Shown here: positions 1 to 11,081 of the stretch, one piece after another
Position numbering within the stretch: position 1 is the stretch's first letter
Layout: each line of letters starts with the position of its first letter
IMG/VR virus record: IMGVR_UViG_3300044797_000101
Span: 55,810 to 119,809 of that record
Reading direction: 5' to 3' (one strand)
Source of the DNA: a virus
DNA length: 64,000 nt
Notes under the pieces: model-generated
Databases searched by the model: none
What the model was told of the DNA's origin: nothing
What the model saw: only the letters and a program-made list of their open reading frames with translations
Made by a program: the position numbers and the translations under genes

Positions 1-518
1 AGTATCAAGGGTTGATGATACTCTGGATTGAAGTGTTTGATGATCTTAAAGGCATCCTGCATGTTTAACCCGATCCAGGAATCCGTTAGGTATTGGTTGG
101 CAAAATTCTTTTTATCCTCAAGATAGAAGATGGGATGATCATCGACAGCTATCCAAGCTTCTACATCTTTCTGATCTTCAAGCCACCACATGATCTCCAT
201 GTTACGCGAACTAGAAAATTTACGAGGCGTAATACCAATGAGCCTTGAACTCGGAAGACGGAAGATCTTAAATAGCTCTTTAAACTGAGGAAGACTAAAT
301 TGAGCTCCCCAAGCTGAAGAGATAACGATCTTCAAATCTGGTACCTGCTTAAGGATATACCCGAGCACCCACATATTATTATAATTAACACTCTGTTTCA
401 TATGAAATAGATCTGCATCACTTAACGTATCAGCAGCTGGTTTTTTCTTATCCATGATAGATAAGAAATGCTGTTTGCTGTTTAGTACGCCATCAAAATC
501 TAGGAATAATACTTTCAT
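1..518 (-). CDS. HAD-family phosphatase (Swiss-army-knife RNA-repair-like HAD), 3' end runs off window
   Basis: Manually translated: MKVIIFLDFDGVLNS...KIVISSAW...IGITP...WIAVDD; HAD motifs DxDGV, SS/W and DD; missing from ORF track because truncated. Confidence 0.75.
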   Translation of the reverse strand, partial: MKVLFLDFDGVLNSKQHFLSIMDKKKPAADTLSDADLFHMKQSVNYNNMWVLGYILKQVPDLKIVISSAWGAQFSLPQFKELFKIFRLPSSRLIGITPRKFSSSRNMEIMWWLEDQKDVEAWIAVDDHPIFYLEDKKNFANQYLTDSWIGLNMQDAFKIIKHFNPEYHQPLI

Positions 519-936
519 TGGACCCTCGTCGTAGATTTGTAATTAGGATCGTCATACATCCTCATATTACAATCAATCAATGCAATTAAACGATCAGGTG
601 TGATAGCACATCCGTACGTCATAAATGTAATCATTCTATCCCCTTAAACCAGAATGCGTCAATCCAATCTGGTGTCATATCTGTCTTAATCCATTGTCCT
701 GATGAACCCTCTTCGAATACTCTCTTGATCTCTGTCACTGTCATTGTTTGAGTAACCATGAAAGCATACAGTATCATCTGATCAGCTATTTGCTCATCAA
801 ATGGATTATCCTTAAGTTTTACCTTGTCGCCAATTTTAAACATATTAGTGAGTGAGCCTCGCGCCTAGAATGCCTAGGAACATTACAATAATTATAACTA
901 AGACCTTTACTGGATCTGGTAAATCTTTAAAGTCTT

Positions 937-1269
937 TCATACCACTTCCGATGCGTAATATTCAGGTCGACTTTCAGACGTTACTACAAATTTCTTAATT
1001 AAACCATCGGGACATTTGATAGTGACATCCACTTCAGACCCGCCTGCGCATGTGTAATCACCTTCTGCATCCCATTCTTCTACAGCTTTTTGGGCTGCAT
1101 CCTCAGCGTCATGAGCATTGATTTTCATGGCATCCTCTTCAAAATCATCACCATGATAATCCTTAATCAAGACTAAATAAATTGGAGGGCATTTATGATG
1201 TTCAGGGAATGACATGTAAGCGTGGCATGTATTACAGAATGATGAACTCATTTGAACCACGCTGTCCAA
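937..1269 (-). CDS. hypothetical phage protein (Cys/His N-terminus, acidic)
   Basis: ORF in overlapping minus-strand chain. Confidence 0.55.
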   Translation of the reverse strand: MDSVVQMSSSFCNTCHAYMSFPEHHKCPPIYLVLIKDYHGDDFEEDAMKINAHDAEDAAQKAVEEWDAEGDYTCAGGSEVDVTIKCPDGLIKKFVVTSESRPEYYASEVV

Positions 1270-1465
1270 TACATGAACAACCCTGTTTCAGGATCAGTCA
1301 TTTCATGTAGTGTTGCCAACGCAATCTTGTTATCAACTGGATGAGTAGCACCAGTGTTCTTATCAACTGCAACCAATTTCTTGTTAGCTTTCAATGCTTT
1401 GGCTTGACGATCAGTCAATGACATTGAACCACGTTGAAAGTAGAATGAATTCTTGATATTGATCT

Positions 1466-1747
1466 TCATTTCAATTCTCCTAATAATTTATTAACCTTCG
1501 CTTCAAGTTTGTCCAGCTTCTTCGTGTGATCTTCTGAGTAATAATCAATCTTATTGGTCAGACTTCTATACTTCCCCCCGAAGCCAAATAACCCTTGGAA
1601 TCTAAATTCCCAACATAGGTTCTGATCTTCATCATCCGTATGAACAAAGACAAAGTTGTTACGTAATGATTCAGGAGCACCAGCGTGAGTCACTAAGATA
1701 TCATATACCATATTTGCTGTAATAAGTGAAAGTCTTTTTCCTCTCAT
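1466..1747 (-). CDS. conserved-looking hypothetical phage protein (EFRFQGLFGFGGK)
   Basis: ATGA overlaps with neighbours. Confidence 0.6.
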   Translation of the reverse strand: MRGKRLSLITANMVYDILVTHAGAPESLRNNFVFVHTDDEDQNLCWEFRFQGLFGFGGKYRSLTNKIDYYSEDHTKKLDKLEAKVNKLLGELK

Positions 1748-2016
1748 TTGAGCACCACAACAGCCATGTATTTACAATCGGTGCAAATCTTCTTTTGGCG
1801 AGATTCGATCTCTGAATATATCGGATCACCGCCATAGGTATGTGTTACATTCATATAGTAAACATCTCCGACATCCTTAAAGACATGCCAACCTTCAAAG
1901 CGCTCTTCTTTTCCACAGGTTTTACAGGTATGATAACGATAGCAAGGACGATGCTTCATCTCTTCAATCTTACGAGTATTCCAGTTGTGGAAACCTAATA
2001 TACAGAACAATTTCAT
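1744..2016 (-). CDS. small Zn-ribbon protein (KLFCILGFHNW...CKTCG, DUF1660-like)
   Basis: C-x3-H-x-W...CxxC pattern common in phage small proteins. Confidence 0.55.
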   Translation of the reverse strand: MKLFCILGFHNWNTRKIEEMKHRPCYRYHTCKTCGKEERFEGWHVFKDVGDVYYMNVTHTYGGDPIYSEIESRQKKICTDCKYMAVVVLK

Positions 2017-3653
2017 TATTCTATCCCCACAAATTCATTGTTATCTACTTCAACCTCGGTAAGATCTTCTTCGTTCTTAACGCCTGCTTCTTTAGCTTTC
2101 TCAACGGAGGAGAAGATCTTTACAGATGGATATGGAAAAGGACCACCGCAACACTCTGGATCACTGCAGCTATTATCATCATCCATATAGCAGACGTATA
2201 CCTTCATTGTTTTTCCTCGGCTGGAGCGAATCCGATATTCAGGCCATCATCACCATCACGAGTAACTGTAAGCTCACCTTCTGTATACGATTTGATCAAG
2301 GCTAACACATGGGAATAATCGGCATACACAATGCCATTGATCTTTGTTTTAGCCATACCAAACAAAGCGATTTGAATCTGATCGAACTCTCTCGGTGTTA
2401 GCATTTTACCATCCCCACTTTTTAGTAGTGTCATAAAAAGCTTGTTCAGGATCAATAGGCTCAATCGTATCTTGATCTACTTCTCCAGTAGCATCACAGC
2501 GATCACAAGGCAATGTCGCTGGATGACCTAATGCACTATGTCCAAAAATACCCTTGTGTCCATCACAACGAGGACATTTCACAAAGATCTTTCGTTTACG
2601 TAGGATAGAATCATTCATCGTAATGCCTCCAATAGATTTACGAGATAATGCCGTTTAAGTTTAAGATTGACTGCAGTCAAAAGCTCTTTGACATACTTGT
2701 TCTTTAAATCCTTCTTGACAAGTTTAAGCGCCTTGGTTAATGATAATGCTGTATCAGTAAAGAATACCACGCGATCACCAATCCCACCACGACGATCAGG
2801 TACCCAACTAAAATTATAGGAATCAATACGACCTGGAACACAGTATCGACTTATTGAAGCTCCATGATCTGTTATATGGATGGATAGATATTGATGACCC
2901 CATTTTGTTCTAGCTACAAGGGTATTGTCAGAGTATAGCGTTTTATCTTCGTGATTGTAATCGATAGTTAAGCTCATAAGAAGTTCTCCAATATAGTACC
3001 GAGGACAAAGAACAGACCAAGTGTTTCAAAGCCTACATTTGTACCATAGACAATGCCAACAGCTAATGACAAGTCCACTGTTCCTGATGGACATGTGATA
3101 GTAAACTTATGTTCTTTTTTCATAATCCTAACCTATCACATAATTGCAAGATATAATAAGCCTCAATGAATAAGAAGCATACAAAGCTCGCAAGCTTCTC
3201 AAAGATATTAACCTTTTGTGAGCTAACAATCAAAGCTTCAGCATATAAGAAGAAGCACATCGCTGCCACAACGAATAAGGTTAGCATTAACGTTTGACCT
3301 CTCTAAGAAATTGTAGATGCGCCTCATCGTACTTCATCATACCTTTTGGATATGGGAACTTAATGAACACACGAGTCTTAAGGATGTTATCCACGACTCC
3401 GACACCCCAATCAGGGTACCAAGTGTCTTCGACTTTCGTTCCAAAATCTAGCTCTTCAATGTTCATTGGTTAATGTGAACCGTATCAATGCTATTGATAT
3501 TAATATAATAGTTTGAGCCTGCATCAGCAAACACCAAGATCGAATTAGGAACATCAATGCTGATGATGGTTCCAGTAAACAGTCTACCGTGAATCAATAG
3601 ATCCAACGATTTACCGACTAATGTTTGTAATAGGTTAAGCATATATCCTCTTT

Positions 3654-3682
3654 ATTATAACAGGTATTTGGGGTTTTGTAAA
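3654..3682 (-). promoter_or_regulatory. sigma70-type promoter
   Basis: Minus strand TTTACA-17nt-TATAAT with extended TG, preceded by GGGGG, followed by AGAGG and ATG. Confidence 0.8.
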
Positions 3683-3916
3683 CCCCCTATTTTAATGTTT
3701 ATTTGGAGAGACAGGTTCAACCTTTACAGTTGTCACTGTCTTTAAAGCATCAGCAAAGGCTGACTCTTCATCTGCTCCATAACCTGCTACGATGCGACCA
3801 TTGCTATGTCTTACACCAACAAACCACTTTCCCCATGATACAACTGGGGAAGCAGTGGAATGCTGGACTTCGAAACCTAGAGCAACCAATTCTTCTTTGC
3901 TTGCCATAATATCTCC

Positions 3917-4423
3917 TTACTGCGCTGCGTATTCGCCTGCAGCTCGTAATTTAAAAGGACTCACAATAACGCGTGGCTCAACATAGAGAGGAGCGATATT
4001 GCCTTTCTGAGTAGGATCGATGCATGTAACCCATGTTCCCTCAGCATTAGCTGGCATAAACAATCCGTTTGGTTCTGCTTGTGGGATTGTAACGTTCGTT
4101 CCCCAATTAGCTTCTTTCATTGGGTTAGAGAATTGCGTTGCGTAAGGAACTCCATACCCAATGCTATCGCACAAGTGCCAAAGCTTTCCATTCATGTCAG
4201 GGATATATGAGTAGGTAGCAATGTTCTGATCACGAAGCTCATACAGCTTACGGACAAGCTTAAGCTCAGTGTAGTTGGTGATACCAGGCAATCCTACTTG
4301 AGCGACCGCTTGCTGCTGCATTCCTTCTTGCTGCTGTTGAACCTTCTGATCAGCTGATTGATCACAACCAGTGACAATAATAACTCCAACCAATCCCATC
4401 ATCATTAATAGTATACGATTCAT
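3917..4423 (-). CDS. putative lipoprotein
   Basis: Hydrophobic signal ending VTG-C (lipobox-like); PQAEPNGLF...GTW motif typical of a phage lipoprotein family. Confidence 0.7.
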   Translation of the reverse strand: MNRILLMMMGLVGVIIVTGCDQSADQKVQQQQEGMQQQAVAQVGLPGITNYTELKLVRKLYELRDQNIATYSYIPDMNGKLWHLCDSIGYGVPYATQFSNPMKEANWGTNVTIPQAEPNGLFMPANAEGTWVTCIDPTQKGNIAPLYVEPRVIVSPFKLRAAGEYAAQ

Positions 4424-4749
4424 TGTAAGCTCCTTATGAATACTTGAAGATCGATAGGCAATAAAGAATTATCAATCGTGGAAGCTTCAGACAAGATCAA
4501 GGTACGAAGTGCAGCGCGTTGATTCGTATCCGATGATTCTTGATATTGAAAACGCAAGTGACAGAGGTACTCTACTTTTCCTTCAACATAACTCTGTGTA
4601 TGTTCAAACACGTTACGTTGTGCATTCGCATACTTGGGTGCCCAGAATTTAAAGCTATTGTAATCATAGCCTGTAAAGATAAAGCCCAGTACAAAGATCC
4701 CAACCAATGCTACCAATCCTAACAACACTGCTTTAAGTTCATCCATCAT
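4420..4749 (-). CDS. membrane-anchored protein paired with lipoprotein
   Basis: N-terminal TM helix; ATGA overlap with 3917..4423. Confidence 0.65.
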   Translation of the reverse strand: MMDELKAVLLGLVALVGIFVLGFIFTGYDYNSFKFWAPKYANAQRNVFEHTQSYVEGKVEYLCHLRFQYQESSDTNQRAALRTLILSEASTIDNSLLPIDLQVFIRSLQ

Positions 4750-5780
4750 AATCTCCTTATCGTTTATTATCCTAAATCCTGCATAGTTATTTTAGTAAGT
4801 GCTGCCGCCAAATATGTAGGCGATATCTGTAAGTATTCAGCTAATCGTTTAATGATCTCTTCACCTTCAAGCTTTGTTGTCCCACAAGCGTCAAATGCCA
4901 TATTAGAATCCTACCTGAATTCGAGTAGGTCCACCTGGTCCAAGCTCTCTTAAGATCTCTTGAATCTCCTGCTCTTCTTTTGCTTTCTTAGCAATATATG
5001 CCTTACGTTGCTTTGGAGTCATAGCCTCGAACTTAGCTTTTTCAGCTGCAGCTTTGTCCAGTAAACCATTTAGTACTTGATCAAATGTCATAGCTGGAAC
5101 AGAAATAGGAATTGCTTTATTTACTACTTTCTTTTTAGCCATTTAAAATCTCCTTAGTAAATGTATCTAGAGTAAATCCAACGCATTGACATTCAATACA
5201 ATTAAAGTTCTCATCATTGCCATGAGATAAGTTTGAATGACCACACCAACAATTACCTGCATCATTAGTATAAGGCCAACCCGTTAAGGTAAGCAATGCT
5301 GCAGCTTCTGAAATCTCTTGGAGCGTATCTTCGTTCACGTTAGAATCCATACTTATCCTTCCCATTATAGATAGGCACAAATGGAACGCCTAGGTTAGGT
5401 TTCTTATCATCTGGCAATAGCATATACTCGTGAAAGCATTTGTCACAACGACCTAAAAAGTCTAGGTCCTTCGCTTCGAATTCACCTTTACACATTACAC
5501 AAGGTTTCATCTTAATCACAATGCTTTCTTTCTCAAGATAGCAAGCTCACACACGAGCTCTTGAATTTGCTCAGGAGTAAGCTTATTATATTCTACCACA
5601 TGTTCCGCTAATTGTTGAATAGTCATTTCTTGCCTCGTTTAAAGACCAAGAGCAGTCCAGGTTGTCTTACCATTCCCTTCTTGCACCGTTTACGTTTAGG
5701 CGCGTTACAAATCTTATGAGCACCATTCAAGCAATTATAGCATTGCGTTCCATTATAATTAGTACACAAGCAAGGATGAA

Positions 5781-6311
5781 TCATTGTAGTTCCTTAACTC
5801 CTGATAGATCCTCGTTCACATCGCCTCGACCAATGTTTCTATTCCAAATCAAGTACGTAAGCATGTCAGCAATTTGAGCCTCTGCTTCTTCTTCAGTTTT
5901 AGTAGACCATACTTGAGGTTCGCCATCCTTCATCTTATCCCCTCGAGCGTAGCTTAAAACCTCATTATCTTGTGTAATCTCATATCTATTATTAGCCCAT
6001 TCTAACCAAACATTGAGCTCTTCTAAAGAAATTCCGAGTTTATTTTCAGTATATTGTAAGCAACCTTGTAGACGTTCCTCAATGCTTTTGCGTTGCGCTG
6101 TTGTCCAGGGTTTAACAATACGTGAAGGTGAAGCAAACGTCCATTCACGTTTGAACTCAGCTTCCCATTGTTTCGTAAACGCTTCAATGTGCGCAGCACG
6201 AATAGCTGCTGTTGCTTCTTGTCGAGGTTTAAGCTCCACACCGCTATAAACATAGACCTTTGCCTCTTGATACAGGTTGCGTTCTAATGGGGTTGCAAAT
6301 TCCGTTACCAT
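5781..6311 (-). CDS. hypothetical protein
   Basis: 176-aa ORF in operon chain. Confidence 0.6.
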   Translation of the reverse strand: MVTEFATPLERNLYQEAKVYVYSGVELKPRQEATAAIRAAHIEAFTKQWEAEFKREWTFASPSRIVKPWTTAQRKSIEERLQGCLQYTENKLGISLEELNVWLEWANNRYEITQDNEVLSYARGDKMKDGEPQVWSTKTEEEAEAQIADMLTYLIWNRNIGRGDVNEDLSGVKELQ

Positions 6312-6580
6312 GACTCCACCAAATCCTTTGCTTCCTTCAATCCCAAACCAGTCCTCTCACGAACTGATCTGATTGTTGGAATGAATTGCTGACTGCTACG
6401 TCCACCTGCTTGCTTAAAGTATTCTCTTAGATCATGCAAAGGATCGTCAACCTTCTCGCCAAGCTTCACATGCTCTTCATTCAGCATACCAAGTAGAATA
6501 TCACGATTGCGTTTACTAATCAACCTGAATTCTCTTAATGCAACCTGCATACTCTCAAGATCTTTTAATGAATCAGCCAT
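6305..6580 (-). CDS. protein with ribosomal bL12 C-terminal-like domain
   Basis: IPTIRSVRERTGLGLKEAKDLVE matches the L7/L12 CTD pattern IKxVRxxTGLGLKEAKDLVE. Confidence 0.75.
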   Translation of the reverse strand: MADSLKDLESMQVALREFRLISKRNRDILLGMLNEEHVKLGEKVDDPLHDLREYFKQAGGRSSQQFIPTIRSVRERTGLGLKEAKDLVESW

Positions 6581-6802
6581 TGGATAATACCTCCTTGCGA
6601 TAGAGTGAACGTAGCAACGGATCAGGAGCAGACGTCACAACCTCACGGATGAATCGACCTTGTACTGTATCTTTAAGCCGTTCCCAATTAAAGGAATCCC
6701 AAAGATAACCGGCAGCTTCATGGATGCACTCACGATTATTAGCCGACTCATTGGCTATGTTACGAACCAAATTATTAAAGTCTTGATCGTCACGAACCAT
6801 TG

Positions 6803-7288
6803 TTATTCTCCCCACGTTTCGGTATCAGCTTCAACCTTATCAGCAGTCTTTTCAGCCATATTAACAATCACACATTTATCTTCTGTGCCATCCCATTCAA
6901 AGGAAAGTCCAACCTTAGCAAGCGTTCCAGCGAGAAGCTTACCTACATCTAATGTTGAGACGGGTTTTTTATCAGGGTATTTATTGGTGGAAGCATCAGC
7001 GAAAGAGATATAGAGTTTACCGGAGGGAAGACGACCGCGATGATCTGTAACAAGATCTTCAGCGCTTTGACGATTGTAGAAAACATAACCTGTTACTGGT
7101 TTATTCTTATCATGCAATCCTTCAATATGAGTACCAATCTCATATGATCCACAAGAACCACAGCACCCAAAACTCTGTCTCGCAATGAGTTTAGCTTCAC
7201 GGAGGAGTTTGAAAACCTTATTAAGCTTTACTTTGTTCTCAGCGATCGTGTCTTCAAATCTGTCAATCTCTTGATATGTAGGTCGCAT
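6803..7288 (-). CDS. hypothetical protein (DUF6891-like)
   Basis: ARQSFGCCGSCG...GYVFY...GLSFEWDG pattern; SD upstream. Confidence 0.55.
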   Translation of the reverse strand: MRPTYQEIDRFEDTIAENKVKLNKVFKLLREAKLIARQSFGCCGSCGSYEIGTHIEGLHDKNKPVTGYVFYNRQSAEDLVTDHRGRLPSGKLYISFADASTNKYPDKKPVSTLDVGKLLAGTLAKVGLSFEWDGTEDKCVIVNMAEKTADKVEADTETWGE

Positions 7289-7397
7289 TAGATTCTCCCT
7301 TATGCTGTGATTTAATAGCTTCTAATAAAATCTCAAGCATACCACTGCTTTCGTAAAGCTGTTCCATGTCAGACTTAAGAAGCGTTTTCATATCCTA

Positions 7398-7426
7398 ATT
7401 ATAACAGAAGTAAGTAAGAATGTACA
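7398..7426 (-). promoter_or_regulatory. sigma70-type promoter, probably leaderless transcript
   Basis: TGTACA-17nt-TATAAT with TG; ATG at 7391 lies 6 nt after the -10. Confidence 0.7.
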
Positions 7427-7988
7427 TAGGCCCTTTGAACTATATTTAATGGTGTGGATGAGGATGAACCTCTTCCTCCATTTTGACATCGTGCAAGCCA
7501 TGAACTCCAGAACAGAAGAATGCACATCCAGATAGGTGCATAATTCCACCTAAAAGTGTAGCCTCTCCAACGTGGAAGCTTAGGAAGAATAGAGCAGCTC
7601 CAATAAGCATCCAGATGAAATTAGGGAGATTGCTTCTAACAATCCTTTTGACCATTAGGCTTGTCTCCCGAATACTGCCTGAAGTTCATCCCGCTTCATT
7701 TTAACTGGGCTTTCGATCGTTTGGGTAGTAGTTGTCACCTTAGGCAAATTAAGTGCCTTAAAGTGAAATACAGCCAAATGAGACATTAAGGACAAGGTAA
7801 GTATCATAGGATCTCCTTAGTTGTCACAAGCTTTACCAATTCTGTATCAAGCTTGTCGTTGATCTCTGCGCTGAATCTCTCATCACGTTCGTCTGATGAT
7901 CCACTATCGAATATGTCTGACAAGTGATCAGTCAACCAATCCGCTTGCTGCTTTGTCAATGTGATCTTAACCAATCCACTGTTTGACA

Positions 7989-8288
7989 TTATAATCCCTC
8001 CGAAGGAAACGTACCTTGAACAAGCTCAGCAACCTCTTTTGCAAGGTTCTTTTGGTTGTCAAGAAATTTAGCTAAGTCAGCGCTATTCGTGTATCCATAG
8101 CCTTTGCTAGAACCATCAGCTGACCATCGTGTCCATTTGGAACGGATGATCGCTTCAATCTGTCGATCATCATATCCACGTTTGCGAAGCATTCGGATGG
8201 AAGAACTCCAACCACCTTTATAGTTAGCAGTCGAGTAAGCGTCGGACAATTGCTCAGCGAATTCTTTAACGTTCAATTTGGTATTCAT
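7989..8288 (-). CDS. hypothetical phage protein
   Basis: ORF with TAATG overlaps at both ends. Confidence 0.6.
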   Translation of the reverse strand: MNTKLNVKEFAEQLSDAYSTANYKGGWSSSIRMLRKRGYDDRQIEAIIRSKWTRWSADGSSKGYGYTNSADLAKFLDNQKNLAKEVAELVQGTFPSEGL

Positions 8289-8602
8289 TAGTATGCTCCC
8301 ACTTTGTGATTAGGAAACAGTTTCTGCACGACAGTTAAAGCTAATTCTCCATGTCCACCAATATGCCAATCGTACAAACCTTTAGGTGTAACATCTTCTT
8401 TATAGTCGTAGATCGTGAAGACAACGCCTTCAACTGTCTTGAAATTCCACTCAGCTGTAATCTTATCTCCGTCTGTATAATGAGGAACGTCAAGCTTGTC
8501 CATCAATTCTTTAAATGTGATAGTGATTGATCCTTGTAAGTGAGTACCATTAATCTCGTGACACGGTTTGATATTCATGTTGGTCTCCTTTGTTTTGATC
8601 AT
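8288..8602 (-). CDS. hypothetical phage protein (T-x-LQG...FTIYDYK...WHIGG family)
   Basis: Motif pattern frequent in phage early proteins; directly downstream of a consensus promoter. Confidence 0.65.
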   Translation of the reverse strand: MIKTKETNMNIKPCHEINGTHLQGSITITFKELMDKLDVPHYTDGDKITAEWNFKTVEGVVFTIYDYKEDVTPKGLYDWHIGGHGELALTVVQKLFPNHKVGAY

Positions 8603-8607
8603 AATAT

Positions 8608-8636
8608 ATTATACCATGAGTAGGTAAGTTTGTCAA
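8608..8636 (-). promoter_or_regulatory. consensus sigma70 promoter
   Basis: TTGACA-17nt-TATAAT perfect consensus with TG extension. Confidence 0.9.
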
Positions 8637-8651
8637 CCCCCCTGCCTATAT

Positions 8652-9215
8652 TTATTTCTGCAAACTATCGTGGTAGGCTATCAAATCAGCTTCAGAAATA
8701 GGCATGAAATTCCACTGATCCATACCCACGTTAATCATATGGTTCTTATACTTTCCTGGCATCGTCTTCCAAGCAGTATGCACGTGTCCATTGATTAATA
8801 GTCTACCATCATCTGGGATGTTCTTATGATCAAACTTTGTTCTATGATGAGGATCGTCTGTACCTCTATAAGGATAATGACTGAGATTAGCTTCTGTTCC
8901 ATCTGAGAGAGTAATCCTGAGACTCTGATGAACCTCTTGAAATCCGCGTTCAAGCATCTTCTCTTCTGCTCGGTCGTGGTTGCCAAGGATTAGGATCTTA
9001 TGTCCATTTAGGTTCTCTACGATGTGCTTGCACCATTCAGGACTCGTGAAAGCGACATCACCCATATGATAAACTGTATCCTCAGGTTTAACTAGTTTGT
9101 TCCATTCTGATACGATATGCCGATCCATCTCACCTGCATCCTTAAATGGACGAAGGCAATACTTAATGATGTTCGCATGACCAAAATGGGTATCGCTTGT
9201 GAAGTATCTCGTCAT
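8652..9215 (-). CDS. calcineurin-like metallophosphoesterase
   Basis: SDTHFGH, HMGD, GNHD, GHVH motifs; AAGGAG SD before ATG 9215. Confidence 0.9.
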   Translation of the reverse strand: MTRYFTSDTHFGHANIIKYCLRPFKDAGEMDRHIVSEWNKLVKPEDTVYHMGDVAFTSPEWCKHIVENLNGHKILILGNHDRAEEKMLERGFQEVHQSLRITLSDGTEANLSHYPYRGTDDPHHRTKFDHKNIPDDGRLLINGHVHTAWKTMPGKYKNHMINVGMDQWNFMPISEADLIAYHDSLQK

Positions 9216-9474
9216 GTCTATTCTCCTTTTCAGCAACCTTAAACTCCAGGTATTCTAAATTTGTTAATGGTTCAAATGGGTGGAAGTCATAACCTGCACG
9301 ACGACAATCCGCCTTCATCTCTTCCATGTAATTCGTTATATAGCGAGAATGCTCATAACTTCCGTTTCTATAATGGGTCTCAGCATTCTCTCTATACCTA
9401 TTAACGGCATCTTCCATTGAATGGAACATCTCTACTTTAAACTGTCCACAATGTCTACAAGGAATCATGTTCAT
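9163..9474 (-). CDS. NLxYLE-motif small protein
   Basis: CRHC N-term; FEPLTNLEYLEF. Confidence 0.75.
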   Translation of the reverse strand: MNMIPCRHCGQFKVEMFHSMEDAVNRYRENAETHYRNGSYEHSRYITNYMEEMKADCRRAGYDFHPFEPLTNLEYLEFKVAEKENRHDEILHKRYPFWSCEHH

Positions 9475-9679
9475 TTGCTTTGTTCTCTAAGTATTCTAGG
9501 TTGTCACAAAGCTCTGACATATGATCATATTGAGGCACAAGCGCGATACCATCTGCTCTTGGGAATTGAGCCTCATAAGATGTAAACTTAGGATCTTTTA
9601 TAATAACGAATAGCTCATGATACATGTTCTTTCTTCCACATATCTTACAAGGCCAATCCATTAGCAATGGTGTCTTCAT
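9455..9679 (-). CDS. NLxYLE-motif small protein
   Basis: CKICG..H; DNLEYLEN. Confidence 0.75.
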   Translation of the reverse strand: MKTPLLMDWPCKICGRKNMYHELFVIIKDPKFTSYEAQFPRADGIALVPQYDHMSELCDNLEYLENKANEHDSL

Positions 9680-9888
9680 TTGCTCAGCTCTTCTAAATAC
9701 CTAAGGTTATCTCGTTGATATCTCTCACATCTACAATCAAACATATAATCACTTGAATGCCTGCAAAGATAAGAATTACTTGTTAAATGAAGTTTTTCTA
9801 AATGTCCACAGGTACACGGAAATTTATTACTCAAAACTTCAGGGGTCCAAAGATTATGATATCTTGGCCATGTATTAGCTTTAAACAT
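9676..9888 (-). CDS. NLxYLE-motif Zn-binding small protein
   Basis: CTCGH..H..C..CRC; YQRDNLRYLEE. Confidence 0.8.
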   Translation of the reverse strand: MFKANTWPRYHNLWTPEVLSNKFPCTCGHLEKLHLTSNSYLCRHSSDYMFDCRCERYQRDNLRYLEELSK

Positions 9889-10063
9889 TTTTAGTTAAAC
9901 TCTCTAAATACTTTAGATTGTCCGGAACAAATACATGTTGCCATGTTGTACTGTTTGCATAATCATAAAAACATTTTTCACATAATTTAGGAGCATTACC
10001 AATATTATAGTGTTCAGATTCGAAATGACTACAAATCTTACAAGGGAAATTAACTTCATTCAT
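9881..10063 (-). CDS. NLxYLE-motif Zn-binding small protein
   Basis: CKICSH..H..CEKC..H; FVPDNLKYLES. Confidence 0.8.
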   Translation of the reverse strand: MNEVNFPCKICSHFESEHYNIGNAPKLCEKCFYDYANSTTWQHVFVPDNLKYLESLTKNV

Positions 10064-10227
10064 ACTAAGCTCTCCAAGTATCTTAGATTGTCACCGTTGA
10101 AATCATGATAACAATCTATTCTTTTTAACTCAATACAGTCCCAACAGACTTGCCCATCATGAAATGAGGAATGCGTAGTATGTCTATCTTTGTCATGTGC
10201 GCACATACAGATATTAACTTCTAGCAT
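10060..10227 (-). CDS. NLxYLE-motif Zn-binding small protein (55 aa, not in ORF track)
   Basis: Manual translation MLEVNICMCAHDKDRH...CWDC...CYHDFNGDNLRYLESLV. Confidence 0.8.
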   Translation of the reverse strand: MLEVNICMCAHDKDRHTTHSSFHDGQVCWDCIELKRIDCYHDFNGDNLRYLESLV

Positions 10228-11080
10228 GCTTATGAAACTCCTTTGCGATACTCAAGACAACGTTACGACCTGTATCTGTTCCCAAGACATATCCATCTAA
10301 TTCTACTACAGGTGTAACCTCTGCATAGGTTCCACATATGAATACACCATCTGCTGTAATTATATCAGGTGCAGTTAGCTTTCTTTCAATAACTTTATAG
10401 CCAGAACGCTTAGCTACACAAGACATGATGAACTCTCTCGTGAGACCTGGCAAGATGTTCCCATCGCTTGGTGGAGTGTATAACGTTATACCTGTATTAT
10501 CAATCTTAACCATGAAAAGGTTAGCTGTCAATGCTTCCGTGTAATACCCATTCCGATCTGTAAGGAACACAGTATCTGTACCAGTTTCTTTAGATAGATG
10601 CTCAAGGGACCTGAAGAATCCATAGTTGTTTGTGCTCTTGCATTGCATCCAATAATCGGGATACGAACGCTGCTTGGGTGAAGTGATTGCCTTAATCCCT
10701 AGGCGATCTTGGTTGGATGGGAGTAGAAAAGAATGTACCTCAACATTGACATCAGGACTACTTGTCTTCGCTCCTTCAGCCTTCCCAGAATAGTAGATGA
10801 CCGGACGGATATACTGTTCTCCGCCACCATTCGCAACTAAGACATCAATGCAAGCATTCATGAGAGTTAGCTTATCAAAGGGCATTGGAACTCTTAATAG
10901 CTTGGCAGAGTTGAAGAGGCGAGTGATATGATCATCTAGTAAAAAAATAGTATTTTTACCATTCTTATCTACATAGGATCGAATCCCTTCCCACACAGCT
11001 GATCCATAGTGTAAGGACCAATTGAAGGAATCTATTTGAATCGGTGAGTCGACGACCTTTCCGTTAAGCCAAGCTTTCAT
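10214..11080 (-). CDS. ilvE: branched-chain amino acid aminotransferase (PLP class IV)
   Basis: LHYGSAVWEGIR, HITRLFNSA, YIRP, catalytic K in CKSTNNY, TEALTANLF, ILPGLTR, ADGVFICGT. Confidence 0.85.
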   Translation of the reverse strand: MKAWLNGKVVDSPIQIDSFNWSLHYGSAVWEGIRSYVDKNGKNTIFLLDDHITRLFNSAKLLRVPMPFDKLTLMNACIDVLVANGGGEQYIRPVIYYSGKAEGAKTSSPDVNVEVHSFLLPSNQDRLGIKAITSPKQRSYPDYWMQCKSTNNYGFFRSLEHLSKETGTDTVFLTDRNGYYTEALTANLFMVKIDNTGITLYTPPSDGNILPGLTREFIMSCVAKRSGYKVIERKLTAPDIITADGVFICGTYAEVTPVVELDGYVLGTDTGRNVVLSIAKEFHKHARS

Positions 11081-11081
11081 A

